A DNA stretch of 32,000 nt from Wolbachia endosymbiont of Drosophila innubila (GTDB lineage Bacteria; Pseudomonadota; Alphaproteobacteria; Rickettsiales; Anaplasmataceae), in contig NZ_CP076228.1 in assembly GCF_021378375.1 (NCBI RefSeq), positions 510,001 through 542,000 of the forward strand, written 5' to 3'. How positions within the stretch are numbered: the first letter of the stretch is position 1; each line of letters begins with the position of its first letter. This document shows, in pieces, positions 1 through 9,983 of the stretch. The notes beneath the pieces were generated by a model. The model made no database searches and was not told the origin of the DNA. It saw nothing but the letters and a program-made list of their open reading frames with translations. Position numbers and translations under genes: made by a program.

Positions 1-351
1 CACTACGCTTTCCTAGCAGATTCTTTACCAAAGTTTATAACATATTGTGCTGGTGATGCTTTCGGTTTGTAATACCTTATTCTATAGTCTGAATATAGAC
101 CCAGCGTTTTGTATATCCATTCGCTACTCCACTTCTTCCAACCAAACCCTCTCTTCACTTTCAGTTAATAAGTGATTTTCTATTTCACCTTCCAAACTTG
201 CCTCCAGCAGCTTTTTTATAAATGGTGTAAATGCTCCATCCCTTCCTGTTAATGGTCTGCCTTCCCTTATTGATGACAGTATATTTGCTTCCAGTTCTTT
301 GTAATCTACCAAACCGGTAGTTCTGTTTACTACTTTCTGACTCATTGTCAA
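1..351 (-). pseudogene. IS256-family (Mutator-type) transposase, 5' portion, decayed; runs off the left edge
   Basis: ORF 124..351 carries the IS256-type N-terminal pattern (GRDGAFTPFIKKLLEASLEGEIENHL). Beyond residue 75 the similarity (RSGVANGYTKR, compare the RNGY motif) continues only in other frames and is broken by stops. Confidence 0.55.
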
Positions 352-429
352 ACCTCCATTTTTTTTATATCAATTTATTACTTTTTTTTTGGTTTGACAC
401 ACTTTTTTGAACATTCCCTGTTAAGATGC

Positions 430-1761
430 CTAATCTACTTTCAGCTCCTCAGTATGTAAACTGCGTGGTAAAGACTCTAATTCCTTTGCAGCACTTAAAC
501 TTTTATTTTTTGCATGTATACCAAGCTTATTGAATTCTCGAGCAGCAGGAAACACCCTTGCTTCAAGAGAGCCAGCAGTTTTATTATAATGATCAACAGC
601 ACTTTTTAAGCTCCTGCGCAAATTATCAAAGTTTTCACCCATTGTGCAAATGCGCTCATATAAAATATGACCTAGTTCACTGATTTTCTTTGCGTTTTCA
701 GCTATCATCTCTTGCTTCCATCCATACGCTATTGCTCTCAGCAACGCAATTAGAGTGATCGGTGTTGCAATGATCACTTTTTTTTCCACTCCAATCTCTA
801 TCAAAGCAGGCTCATATTCCAGTGCTGCGCTAAAAACCCCCTCCCCTGTTAAGAAAAGCACCACAAGTTCTGGCGTATTTTCAAATTGATTCCAATACTC
901 TTTTTTACCCAAATCATTTATGTGTTTTTTTATTGCCAGGGAATGATTCTTTAATTTCTCCTTTTGTATTTGCAAATCATTTTGTGATATAGCATCCATG
1001 TAAGAATCAAGCGGCACTTTAGCATCTATTATTATTTGCTTTCCAGATGGCATTTTGATTATTAAATCAGGACGCAATAAATTATCCTCGTTTTTATCAA
1101 CCACTGACGGCTGAGTAAAAAAATCGCAATATTCAATCATTCCCGCCATTTCTACCACCCTTTTGAGTTGCATTTCACCCCACTTTCCTCTGATGTGAGG
1201 CTTTCTCAAGGCATTAGCAAGGCTGGAAGTTTGGTTCATCAGCGCTCCAATTTGCTCCTTTAAACCTTCATAGGCCCCTACCCTCTCTTTTTCCAGCTCG
1301 CGTATTTCATTATCAAATTTTTCTAATTTTTCTTTTATTGGAGTTACAACTTCGTTGATCGTTGCTTGTCTTTTTTTGAAATCGCTTTCCGTTTCTTTTA
1401 ATTTACTATCGATTACTTCCTTTGCTAAGTTCAGAAAATTATTGTTATTTGTCTGCAAAGCATCAAGAGAGAGCGCTTTAAAAGTGTTTGTTAATCTCTC
1501 CTCTGCTTTTGTTAGTAATTCTATTTCCTTTTTCTTTTCCTCACGTTCTTTTTGCAGAGTTACTTCAAGTTCTGCTTTTTTGACCCTTAAATCAACTATT
1601 TCTTCATTCTTCGTAAGCAAAGTTTGCTTTGTTTCTTGAAGTTCTTGCTCTAATTTACATAAATTACCCTCAAGGTTTGCTTTCTTTTCGCTCAGTTTTT
1701 TTACGATAATGTAGAAAAATAGTAATAGAGAGACAACCAGAGCTATAGTATTGAAAAGCAT
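430..1761 (-). CDS. rmuC: DNA recombination protein RmuC
   Basis: 443 aa with an N-terminal TM helix, a long coiled-coil (E/K-rich) region and a C-terminal RmuC nuclease-like region (GKWGEMQLKRVVE...DAKVPL...GWKQE). Confidence 0.85.
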   Translation of the reverse strand: MLFNTIALVVSLLLFFYIIVKKLSEKKANLEGNLCKLEQELQETKQTLLTKNEEIVDLRVKKAELEVTLQKEREEKKKEIELLTKAEERLTNTFKALSLDALQTNNNNFLNLAKEVIDSKLKETESDFKKRQATINEVVTPIKEKLEKFDNEIRELEKERVGAYEGLKEQIGALMNQTSSLANALRKPHIRGKWGEMQLKRVVEMAGMIEYCDFFTQPSVVDKNEDNLLRPDLIIKMPSGKQIIIDAKVPLDSYMDAISQNDLQIQKEKLKNHSLAIKKHINDLGKKEYWNQFENTPELVVLFLTGEGVFSAALEYEPALIEIGVEKKVIIATPITLIALLRAIAYGWKQEMIAENAKKISELGHILYERICTMGENFDNLRRSLKSAVDHYNKTAGSLEARVFPAAREFNKLGIHAKNKSLSAAKELESLPRSLHTEELKVD

Positions 1762-1838
1762 CAGAATAAAAAAGCTGTATTTACAATTCTATATGATTTT
1801 TGTGTGTATAAGAAAGAAAAAAGGAGCACCTAAAGAGG

Positions 1839-1881
1839 TGACCTTACCCAGAAAAAGTAGAGAGAAAGTTAAGACGTTTTT
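1839..1881. repeat. Left terminal inverted repeat of the IS3-family element
   Basis: tgaccttacccagaaaaagtagagagaaagttaagacgttttt is the exact reverse complement of 2946..2988. Confidence 0.9.
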
Positions 1882-1899
1882 ATCATGAGAATAAATTGT

Positions 1900-2917
1900 G
1901 CAGGAATGCAATAGTTAATAGTAGAATGTCTACGTTATTTGTTATAAAAGATTTCTATGTATTCAAATATGGCAGTTCTGGTTTGTTGAGCGAGAAGTAT
2001 CAATAAGCAGCTCCCTTTTAAGTGAACTTTTCTGCAACAGAGTTATCGTAACAACAGCCCTTATGGCTCATGCTGGAAATGATGTTTTTTGTATTCAATA
2101 GAAATTGGTAATTTTGAGAGGTATACTGTGACCCTTGATCGCTATGTAACAGCAGATTTTTATCGGGTTTGCGTTTATCAACGGCCATCAATAAAGAATC
2201 TATAACTAATTATCATGTTACTCATTAACCACCATGCGTGAATATAGGTCAATTATTGCCGCCAACAACCTTCTTTTAGTTTTATGTAGGTAATCCCAAA
2301 CTTTATTTGGCTGATCAGTAGTAAAATTTTGATCCAATGTGTTCGGAGCCACAACTCGGTTGCTTATTTGCTGTTTTTTATTTTTTGAACCTTCGTCTAA
2401 ACTTGGCTTTAATGCCATTTTCTTGCATAACACTTTGTACTGTTTTAATTTTTGCCTAAAAGCTTTTAATTCAGCGTGAATTTTAGGGGCTCCATATCTG
2501 CATTTAGAAGCTTGATGTATTTTTTGAATATCTGCTAGAAGCCCTTCTTTTGCTAATTCTTTACTGCTTTTTTCCTTAGCAACCCATACCACCAGTACAA
2601 AACCCTACATAGTTCCTGTGTTTTATAGCAATTTCTATATAAAAGAATACTTTACTCTTTTTCTTTGCCCAGGGCTTTTTTTAAGATGTCTCTTTCTCTT
2701 ATTAGCTCTTTTTTTAGATCAAATCTTTCTTTGTCATAAGGAGCCTTTGCCTGGAAATGCGTATGCTCCAGACATTTTTCCATTATATTTTCTTACTTAA
2801 CATACTGCCATCTATACCTAGATCTTTTGCTATTTTTGTACTTGCTTGACCTGTTTCTTTAACCAGCTTAACAGCTTCTAATTTGAATTCTGCTGTATAT
2901 TCTCTTCTATTTGTCAT
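1900..2917 (-). pseudogene. IS3-family transposase orfA/orfB, multiple frameshifts and stops
   Basis: orfA starts at 2917 and stops after about 43 codons. The leucine-zipper part (RERDILKKAL) lies in another frame. orfB pieces include ORF 2218..2592 and further out-of-frame segments down to about 1900. Confidence 0.8.
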
Positions 2918-2945
2918 ATTTTGAAAAAACGTTTTATTTTACTCC

Positions 2946-2988
2946 AAAAACGTCTTAACTTTCTCTCTACTTTTTCTGGGTAAGGTCA
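2946..2988. repeat. Right terminal inverted repeat of the IS3-family element
   Basis: Exact reverse complement of 1839..1881 (43/43). Confidence 0.9.
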
Positions 2989-2994
2989 ATTTAC

Positions 2995-3030
2995 CGCCGC
3001 GGCGCTAACTAGTAGCGGGATGACGGGTTA
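2995..3030. repeat. Copy of the cgctaac-N-tagcgggatgacgg repeat unit
   Basis: gcgctaactagtagcgggatgacggg closely matches 8509..8533 (ccgctaacaagtagcgggatgacgg). Confidence 0.55.
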
Positions 3031-3126
3031 CCAAATTGTAGAAGTTGCTTTAGCTATAAATTCAAGTTTTATCAATGTCTTGTGTTGTTACCCAAATAAT
3101 GGTTGTGCAAGCGCTTAATTTTTTGA

Positions 3127-4056
3127 TCAAAAAGGAACAAGTTTAGTAAAAAATAATGATATTATTAGTGGAACATAAAACAGTCCCACTGCAGTACTGA
3201 TTAGAAGCAACAGAGTAGCTTTATCTGGTTGATAATTCAAAATATTAGCAAGTATTATACTGGACCCAGAAACTGGAATAATAGCCAGCAACATCAGTGC
3301 TTTATATATGCTCTCATCGTATATACCTATAACATGCTTGTCTAAAAGGACAATTCCTAAAACAAACAGTGGCCAGAATACGTACTTTGCTGTAATAGTG
3401 ATCAAAGCAAGCTTCCAATCTATTTTAAAGCTTGCAATATTCGCAATGCTCACTCCAAGTAGCACCATTCCTAATGTGACAAATGTACTTCTAATATTCA
3501 TCATAACATCTGTTAAAAAAGTAGGTATTTGTATATCGTATATACTTAAAAAGAAGCCCAGAACCATCGCATAAAGCGAAGGAAGTTTGAACAACTTTAA
3601 TATGCATTCTTTTGCGGTATAAATACCATTTGCAGCTATGTAAAATCCTAAGCTGTTTTCAAATAGCGCCATTCCTATATAACAAACAACATATACAGAT
3701 ACTGAATCTTCATCAAATAAAGCCATGGCAATCGGCAGGCCAAAATAACCCATACTTGTGCTGCCCGAGCTAAATGCTAATATGTTTCTTGTGTTATCCT
3801 TAAATAAAAAAGAAGAAAGATAATACACTGATAAGGACATAGTGCTACCTATAAACCATATCAAAATCGGCAGAGAAATTACTTTTAAGTTAACTTCTGT
3901 ATGAGAGACTCCATATAAAATCACTATTGGATTAGCTATATAAAAAAGTATTTGAGATATAGTGTTTCTATCAACTTTAAGATATTTTCCTGCTAAGTAA
4001 CCAATAAATATTGTAATATAAATAGGTAATATTTTGAGAAAAAGAGTAAGGAACAT
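3127..4056 (-). CDS. AEC (auxin efflux carrier) family permease
   Basis: 309 aa, about 10 hydrophobic helices, two-lobed layout typical of AEC/MdcF-like transporters. Confidence 0.65.
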   Translation of the reverse strand: MFLTLFLKILPIYITIFIGYLAGKYLKVDRNTISQILFYIANPIVILYGVSHTEVNLKVISLPILIWFIGSTMSLSVYYLSSFLFKDNTRNILAFSSGSTSMGYFGLPIAMALFDEDSVSVYVVCYIGMALFENSLGFYIAANGIYTAKECILKLFKLPSLYAMVLGFFLSIYDIQIPTFLTDVMMNIRSTFVTLGMVLLGVSIANIASFKIDWKLALITITAKYVFWPLFVLGIVLLDKHVIGIYDESIYKALMLLAIIPVSGSSIILANILNYQPDKATLLLLISTAVGLFYVPLIISLFFTKLVPF

Positions 4057-4519
4057 ACTAGCCTATTGTAATATTTTTGATTGATAAAGTGACATTAGAT
4101 CTTAAGGTGTTGTAAAAGTAAACAAAATTTATTTTCCAATTTATCCAGCTCATAGTTAATTAAATTAGTGCCAAAATTTGTTTTTACATAGGACTTAAGA
4201 ATGACATTTGTATGATAAAATTATGTTAAGTTTCTGTAAAGCTTCTTGCATATTTTTGAATAATGACATATTTACTAAAAATTAAACTGCTTGTAGTAAT
4301 TTAGACGGACTGTTGAAAAAGTAAGAGGAAATAAGTAAAGTTAGGACAGAGAGTAAGAGCTTTAACATAGTTGTCATATTTTTCTTTAATTAACCCTAGT
4401 GTCCAATTTATCCACCATTCCTTCACATGAGGTGTTTCTAACCATTTTAATAACAGTAAAAAATGTTTTCTTTCAACGCTTTAAATGTGATATTTTTATT
4501 CATTAATTAAAAATCTCAA

Positions 4520-5683
4520 ATGTTACTACCATTTCTGTTAATCCTGTCTCTCATTGCCAAGTTCATTGAAATTGACATTTCCGTACCTAGTTTTCCTGAT
4601 ATGGTGCACTATTTTAACGTACCGGAAGGCATAATTCAATTAACTATTGCTTATAATTTCCTAGGCTTTTGCATAGGAGGGTTGTTTTTTGGTCCATTGT
4701 CTGAATGCTATGGCAGAAGGAGAATTATGATCATAGGTAACACTTTGTTATTAATCGGCGCTGTTGGTTGTGTTTTTGCACCGTCGATTTTTTGGCTTTT
4801 AATCTCTCGCTTTGTTCAGGGCATTGGTGTTAGCACATCTGTAGTTGTGTTTGCAATCGTTGCAGACAGCTACAAAGGCGACGAAGCGGTGAAATTTATT
4901 GGAATCATGAATTCTGTTCTTACAGTTGTCATGGCAATTGCGCCAGTGTTAGGCAGTTTCATCAATGAAATTGTAGGATGGCGTGGTAATTATGCAACTG
5001 TTGCAATACTTTGTTTGATCTCTTGGGTTTTGCTGCTTTTAGCGTTACCAGAAACAAAAAAGAGCCGCGATATTTTCAGTTTGAAAAAAACGATGAAAGA
5101 TTACAGAAAACTACTATCTAATCCGAGGTTTGTTACGTTGTCTTTGATGTCAAGCCTCTTTTCTGCTGCGTATATGTCATTCATTACTTGTGGACCTTTT
5201 CTGTATATGAAGACTTTTGGTTTATCTAGCACTATTTATGCACTACATCAAGGTGCAATAGTTGGGTGCTTCTCACTCATCAGTCTATTTGCTGGCAAAA
5301 TCTTGCAGAAACTTGGAGCAATAAAGTGTGTAATTTCTGGTACGAGCGTGGGTGCTATTGGGTCTCTATTGCTTGTAATATTCAGTATAATTGTACCCCA
5401 CTCTTTCTACTTAGTAACACTGTCTATGATTATTTTTTCTATCGATTGTGCAATTTTCCAGCCAGTGATTTTTAATGCATCAATAAATGTTTTCCCTGAA
5501 ATTAAAGGCACAGCTTCTTCTGCAGTCTCGTTCATTAGAGCTTTTATCATGGCTATTTTTATCGGCTTAACAAGCTACATTTACAATGGTCAAACAATTA
5601 GTGTAGCTGTTCTTGTTTTATCCGCGATAGTACTAGAACTTGTTTTTACTGTCTATCTATTGCGTTTAAAAGATCCTATGTAA
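4520..5683 (+). CDS. MFS transporter, Bcr/CflA drug-resistance subfamily-like
   Basis: 387 aa with 12 predicted TM helices and the MFS loop 2-3 motif GPLSECYGRRRIMIIG. Confidence 0.75.
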   Translation: MLLPFLLILSLIAKFIEIDISVPSFPDMVHYFNVPEGIIQLTIAYNFLGFCIGGLFFGPLSECYGRRRIMIIGNTLLLIGAVGCVFAPSIFWLLISRFVQGIGVSTSVVVFAIVADSYKGDEAVKFIGIMNSVLTVVMAIAPVLGSFINEIVGWRGNYATVAILCLISWVLLLLALPETKKSRDIFSLKKTMKDYRKLLSNPRFVTLSLMSSLFSAAYMSFITCGPFLYMKTFGLSSTIYALHQGAIVGCFSLISLFAGKILQKLGAIKCVISGTSVGAIGSLLLVIFSIIVPHSFYLVTLSMIIFSIDCAIFQPVIFNASINVFPEIKGTASSAVSFIRAFIMAIFIGLTSYIYNGQTISVAVLVLSAIVLELVFTVYLLRLKDPM

Positions 5684-5710
5684 TTAATAAAGATATTCCA
5701 TTGTAGGCTG

Positions 5711-6790
5711 CTAACTTTCCCCTGCCAATCTTTCTGCTTCATTACGTGAGATTAATGCCTCAATAAATTCATCTAGTTCGCCTTCTTTTATAATCTGCTC
5801 TAGCCGATGTGAAGTTAGATTAATTCTGTGGTCTGTTATTCTTGATTGTGGGAAATTATATGTTCTTATGCGCTCGGAACGATCACCAGAGCCAATCTGA
5901 CTTTTCCTCATTGTTGACCTTTCCATTTCTTTTTTTTGTCTTTCAATTTCGTATAGCCTTGCCCTCAATACTTTGAGCGCTTTAGCTTTATTTTTATGCT
6001 GCGATTTTTCATCTTGCTGTATCACAACTATCCCTGTTGGCAAGTGGGTGACCCTTACTGCGCTGTCAGTTGTATTCACTGATTGCCCTCCAGGACCACT
6101 GGATCTATAAACATCTATTCGTAAGTCTTTTTCTTCTATTTTAAAGTCAACTTCTTCTACTTCAGGTAATATCGCAACAGTAGCGGCAGAGGTATGCAAC
6201 CTTCCTGAAGATTCAGTTTCTGGCACTCTCTGTACTCTGTGCACTCCTGATTCAAATTTCAACCTTGCAAAAACTTCTGTTCCATTAATGAGTGCAGAAG
6301 CTTCCTTATATCCACCTATACCTGTATTAGAAATGCTTATTGGCTCGAACTTCCAATTTCTTCTTTCTGCATATTTTTGATACATACGAAATAACATTGC
6401 TGCAAATAATGCTGCTTCTTCTCCGCCTGTACCTGCTCTAATTTCTAATATTGCATTTCTTGAGTCATCTTCATCTTTGGGCAATAATGCTAACTTTAAT
6501 TTTGCTTTTATTTTTGGTAATAATACCTTGTGCTTTTCGAAAAATTCTTCTTTTGCTAACTCTTTTATATCACCTTCGCTGTTTTCATCTTTCATTATTT
6601 CTTCTAAGTCTGAAATTTCCTCTTTCAGCGTGTTATATTCATCAATTATCTTGATTATTGGCCTGAGCTCAGAGTATTCCTTTGAAAGGGTAATGAATTC
6701 TTTTTGACTTAAATTGGTAGGATTTTCCAAATTCCTCTCTATATCATTAAATTTTTTCTTTAAGTCTTGTAAATTATTTTCCATATCCAT
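5711..6790 (-). CDS. prfA: Peptide chain release factor 1
   Basis: 359 aa with the GGQ motif ([11 protein letters not shown]) and the RF1-type PxT tripeptide (PET) rather than the SPF of RF2. Confidence 0.95.
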   Translation of the reverse strand: MDMENNLQDLKKKFNDIERNLENPTNLSQKEFITLSKEYSELRPIIKIIDEYNTLKEEISDLEEIMKDENSEGDIKELAKEEFFEKHKVLLPKIKAKLKLALLPKDEDDSRNAILEIRAGTGGEEAALFAAMLFRMYQKYAERRNWKFEPISISNTGIGGYKEASALINGTEVFARLKFESGVHRVQRVPETESSGRLHTSAATVAILPEVEEVDFKIEEKDLRIDVYRSSGPGGQSVNTTDSAVRVTHLPTGIVVIQQDEKSQHKNKAKALKVLRARLYEIERQKKEMERSTMRKSQIGSGDRSERIRTYNFPQSRITDHRINLTSHRLEQIIKEGELDEFIEALISRNEAERLAGES

Positions 6791-6879
6791 ATAGCACAGA
6801 TCTAGCTAAGTAATATATACTGAAATAAAAAATTTCTTATATCAAGCAATAACACTATAATATACCTACTACCTTCTAG

Positions 6880-7482
6880 TTGAATATAATGGCAAAACAG
6901 ATAACATCAAACTGCAATTTCATATTTGGAGCTTCGGATATAAAATCATTACCAAATGAGTCGGCTCCAGAGATTGCGTTTGCTGGTAGATCAAATGTAG
7001 GAAAATCCAGTCTGATCAACTTACTGATAAACAGCAAAAAAGCTGCCAGAGTTTCCTCTAAACCTGGATGCACTAGACAAATAAATTTTTACTCTATGTA
7101 CGATGATAAGTTCAGACTTGTTGATCTACCAGGGTATGGCTACTCTCATGCAGGCAAGGAGGAAATTATACAATATTTAAACTTAATTGAGTATTATCTA
7201 ATTCAAAGAGAAAATCTAAGAAGAGTGTTTGTGTTGATAGATAGCAAGGTAGGATTAAAAGAAATAGACAAAGACTTCATTTATTGGTTAATATATAATA
7301 ACATTAACTTTAACATTGTGCTAACAAAAATAGATAAAGTAAGTCAAAAAAGCTTAGGTGCTGTTATAGAAGATATTCAAAAATGGATTAATAATGAGAA
7401 TGTGTCAATTCATCAAATGAGCATCCGTGTTAAGCATAAAATAACCAAGGTAAGAGATGAGTTTTTCAAGTTTACAAGATAA
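6880..7482 (+). CDS. engB: Ribosome biogenesis GTP-binding protein EngB/YsxC/YihA
   Basis: G1 motif GRSNVGKSSLIN, G3 motif DLPGYG, G4 motif TKIDK. Divergent from prfA. Confidence 0.9.
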   Translation: MNIMAKQITSNCNFIFGASDIKSLPNESAPEIAFAGRSNVGKSSLINLLINSKKAARVSSKPGCTRQINFYSMYDDKFRLVDLPGYGYSHAGKEEIIQYLNLIEYYLIQRENLRRVFVLIDSKVGLKEIDKDFIYWLIYNNINFNIVLTKIDKVSQKSLGAVIEDIQKWINNENVSIHQMSIRVKHKITKVRDEFFKFTR

Positions 7483-8398
7483 AAAAATGAAGAGTAGTGA
7501 ATTTTTAAAGGGTGAGGTGTCATTTGAACAAAAAGCAGAAATATTACTTGAAGTGCTATCTAACATACCTAGCTTTGTAGGCGAGACTTTTGTCATTAAA
7601 TGCGGTGGTACAATAATCTTAGATGAAACACTATTTAATACTTTTGTGCATAATGTTGTCTTGTTGAAGCAGCTTGGTATAAATCCGGTAATAATTCATG
7701 ACGGAGAATATGAAATTAACTCAGTGTTAAAAATGCTGGATATGAACAGTAAGTTTGTGAATGGTATCAGACTTACAGACAAAGACACTATGAAAATCAT
7801 TGAAATGGCACTGTGTGGTTCAGTTAATAAAAAAATTGTTCAGTATATAAATTCTGCTGGTGGTTCAGCTATTGGATTATGTGGAAAAGATGGTAACTTA
7901 ATTAAAGCCGAAAAAATAACCGCTACGCTTAGAGAAGATAGATCAAATAATATCGAAAAGATATTAGACATGGGGTTCATCGGTAGACCCACTGAAATCA
8001 ATCCTGATATATTATTTTTTATTGAAGAATCAGATTTTATACCAGTTATTGCACCAATTGGTCATGGAAAAGATGGGGAAACATATCATATTGATGCCGA
8101 TAGCACTGCAAGCGCAATCGCAATCGCAGTTTCTGCATCTAAAATGATAATCTTGAGTGACACAGATGAAGAAATAGATAAAATTGGTGGCAGGAAGATA
8201 TCTGTTAAAAATTTAAATGCATCGATTGATTGTGGGAAAATTAAAGGGGAAAAATTTATTGAAAGGCTTATGGCATACGTTAAAATGGCGGAGGAATGTG
8301 CTGGAGTTGTTCACATAGTTGATGGTAGAATATCTAACATTATGCTTGATTTATTTACTGAGAGTAATTCAAGCATATCGATTGTGAGTGATTTATAG
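7457..8398 (+). CDS. argB: Acetylglutamate kinase-like amino-acid kinase (ArgB family) with diverged active-site loop
   Basis: The protein aligns by eye to NAGK: IKCGG, GIRLT and DADSTASAIA are conserved, but the HGGG loop reads HDGE. A Shine-Dalgarno sequence (aaggtaagag) precedes ATG 7457. An alternative ATG at 7487 would remove the 26 nt overlap with engB. Confidence 0.7.
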   Translation: MSFSSLQDKKMKSSEFLKGEVSFEQKAEILLEVLSNIPSFVGETFVIKCGGTIILDETLFNTFVHNVVLLKQLGINPVIIHDGEYEINSVLKMLDMNSKFVNGIRLTDKDTMKIIEMALCGSVNKKIVQYINSAGGSAIGLCGKDGNLIKAEKITATLREDRSNNIEKILDMGFIGRPTEINPDILFFIEESDFIPVIAPIGHGKDGETYHIDADSTASAIAIAVSASKMIILSDTDEEIDKIGGRKISVKNLNASIDCGKIKGEKFIERLMAYVKMAEECAGVVHIVDGRISNIMLDLFTESNSSISIVSDL

Positions 8399-8430
8399 CT
8401 ATACTGCTTGCAACTACACGAATACCAAGA

Positions 8431-8720
8431 GGGTGTCATTCAAGTAGCTGACACTGGAATGACAACAATCTACGTCATACCGCGATTCATTCGCGGTATC
8501 TCTAGATCCCGCTAACAAGTAGCGGGATGACGGTTGTCAGGGTGTCATCCCAGCGCCCAGACACTGGGATCCAGAAGACTTAATTTCAACCAAGTGGCTG
8601 CATAATAAGGACTAGATTCCAGACTGGAATGACATCATAGAGGCACTGGGATGACAAAAAAAGGAGCACTGAACTTGTCAAGGAATTTTATGGCCTAGCG
8701 TCACGCGCTGGAATGACATC
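8431..8720. repeat. Cluster of short hairpin-forming palindromic repeat units (Wolbachia-type extragenic palindromes)
   Basis: Hairpins at 8435..8463 (gtcattc-N15-gaatgac), 8477..8499 (ataccgcga-ttcat-tcgcggtat), 8508..8526 (cccgct-N7-agcggg) and 8547..8570 (atcccag-N10-ctgggat), plus further ctggaatgac / ctgggatgac units up to about 8720. Confidence 0.65.
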
Positions 8721-8790
8721 ATTTACATTTATCACTTTTGCAGATACAATTTACATGCTATAATTGAGTCTTCATAGATGGTAAATTGGA

Positions 8791-9252
8791 GTGCAAAGAA
8801 GTAAAATTAAAGTAGAAATAAAAAGATTATCACACGGAGAAGGCTTGTCTCTTCCATGTTATGCAACTACGCAGAGTGCTGGCATGGATCTTTATGCTGC
8901 ATTGAATGATTCTGCTGTTTTAAATCCACTTGAAAGATTACTTATTCCAACTGGAATTGTGATTGCAATACCAAACGGTTTTGAGGGGCAAATCCGCCCA
9001 CGTTCTGGTCTTGCTGCAAAACATGGAATCACTGTCTTAAATTCTCCGGGCACTATAGACTCTGATTATCGAGGTGAAGTTAAAATTTGTCTAATTAATC
9101 TAAGTAATCAGCCATACGAAATAAAAAGAGGAGATAGAATCGCACAAATCCTTATTTCTCCTGTATCTCAGGTAATTTGGGATGACAGAGAAGAATTCTG
9201 CGCAGAAGAAACCGGTCGCAATGCAGGGGGCTTTGGCTCAAGCGGCAGGTAG
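8791..9252 (+). CDS. dut: dUTP diphosphatase
   Basis: 153 aa with dUTPase motifs (AGMDL, RPRSGLA, GTIDSDYRGE, RIAQ, GGFGSSG). GTG start directly after a GGAG. Confidence 0.9.
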   Translation: MQRSKIKVEIKRLSHGEGLSLPCYATTQSAGMDLYAALNDSAVLNPLERLLIPTGIVIAIPNGFEGQIRPRSGLAAKHGITVLNSPGTIDSDYRGEVKICLINLSNQPYEIKRGDRIAQILISPVSQVIWDDREEFCAEETGRNAGGFGSSGR

Positions 9253-9303
9253 CTTACGAAAAAGCTTGACTATGACAGTTTTTTTATTTAAGCATATTAA
9301 TAT

Positions 9304-9570
9304 TTGAGGTCGTTTATGCTAACTTTCAAAAATCACTGTGGTCAATTCCACAAAACAAATACTGCACTTGTTGCACTTACTTCTTTGTATGTCATAGGCG
9401 CAGCAGTAGCACTTTCAGCACCATATTGGGTGTCTTCAACTTGCACGCTTGCTCCACTTGCAGCTTTTGCAGCTACACCACTTGGAATCGGTATATTAGC
9501 AATTGTTGCTGTTGCACTGGTTAGTTCAGCAATTACGCTATCAGCAAAAACAATGAAATATCTGAGTTGA
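9304..9570 (+). CDS. Small hypothetical membrane protein (two Ala-rich TM helices)
   Basis: 88 aa ORF from TTG 9304, or 84 aa from ATG 9316. No family was recognised. Its stop overlaps the next ORF's start (TTGA). Confidence 0.4.
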   Translation: MRSFMLTFKNHCGQFHKTNTALVALTSLYVIGAAVALSAPYWVSSTCTLAPLAAFAATPLGIGILAIVAVALVSSAITLSAKTMKYLS

Positions 9571-9968
9571 GAGCTCCGAAGATTGTTGTTAATAACGATA
9601 GAAAAAACGGTAAAGAAACAGCATTGCTAGTAACAAAAGACACATTTAAGGAAATGGCAAGGAATAACCAAGTTAAAGATGAAGAAGGTAAGGTAGAAAA
9701 GGGTAAACATTATATAGCCTTCAGCTTAGAAGGCAAGAACTACCGTATTATTGTTGATATTAATCAGCTTACCAATACGCTAGGCAATACTTTACTCTTC
9801 GAGATAGGTTCACTAAAAGAGAAAAACGATGAAGGTAAGTTCGAGGCAGTAAATGAAACAAAGTGGAATAAAACATTAGGTTTAGACAAAGATGGTGCTA
9901 AAGGGGTTAACACTTATTTAGGCTCACTTATTGTTGAACAAGTTGCTTCTCAACAACAGACAGTATAG
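9567..9968 (+). CDS. Hypothetical soluble Lys/Glu-rich protein
   Basis: 133 aa. TTG start with a 4 nt overlap on the upstream ORF, followed by a strong intrinsic terminator. No family was recognised. Confidence 0.4.
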   Translation: MRAPKIVVNNDRKNGKETALLVTKDTFKEMARNNQVKDEEGKVEKGKHYIAFSLEGKNYRIIVDINQLTNTLGNTLLFEIGSLKEKNDEGKFEAVNETKWNKTLGLDKDGAKGVNTYLGSLIVEQVASQQQTV

Positions 9969-9983
9969 CCAAGTGAAATAAAA

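Larger units (their letters stand above)
1839..2988 (-). mobile_element. IS3-family insertion sequence, non-autonomous (transposase destroyed)
   Basis: Perfect 43 bp terminal inverted repeats with TG...CA ends enclose orfA/orfB remnants. These include the HTH start MTNRREYTAEFKLEAVKLV and DDE-region motifs (IIDLYSR, HSDQGSQYTS, CYDNSVAE), which are spread over several frames. Confidence 0.85.

Noticed and set aside
4057-4519. Long (460 bp) intergenic region between the divergent AEC and MFS transporter genes as a possible sRNA or riboswitch locus
   Set aside because: I found no conserved-looking structure, terminator or repeat. It is most simply a pair of divergent AT-rich promoters. Transcript data would be needed to say more.
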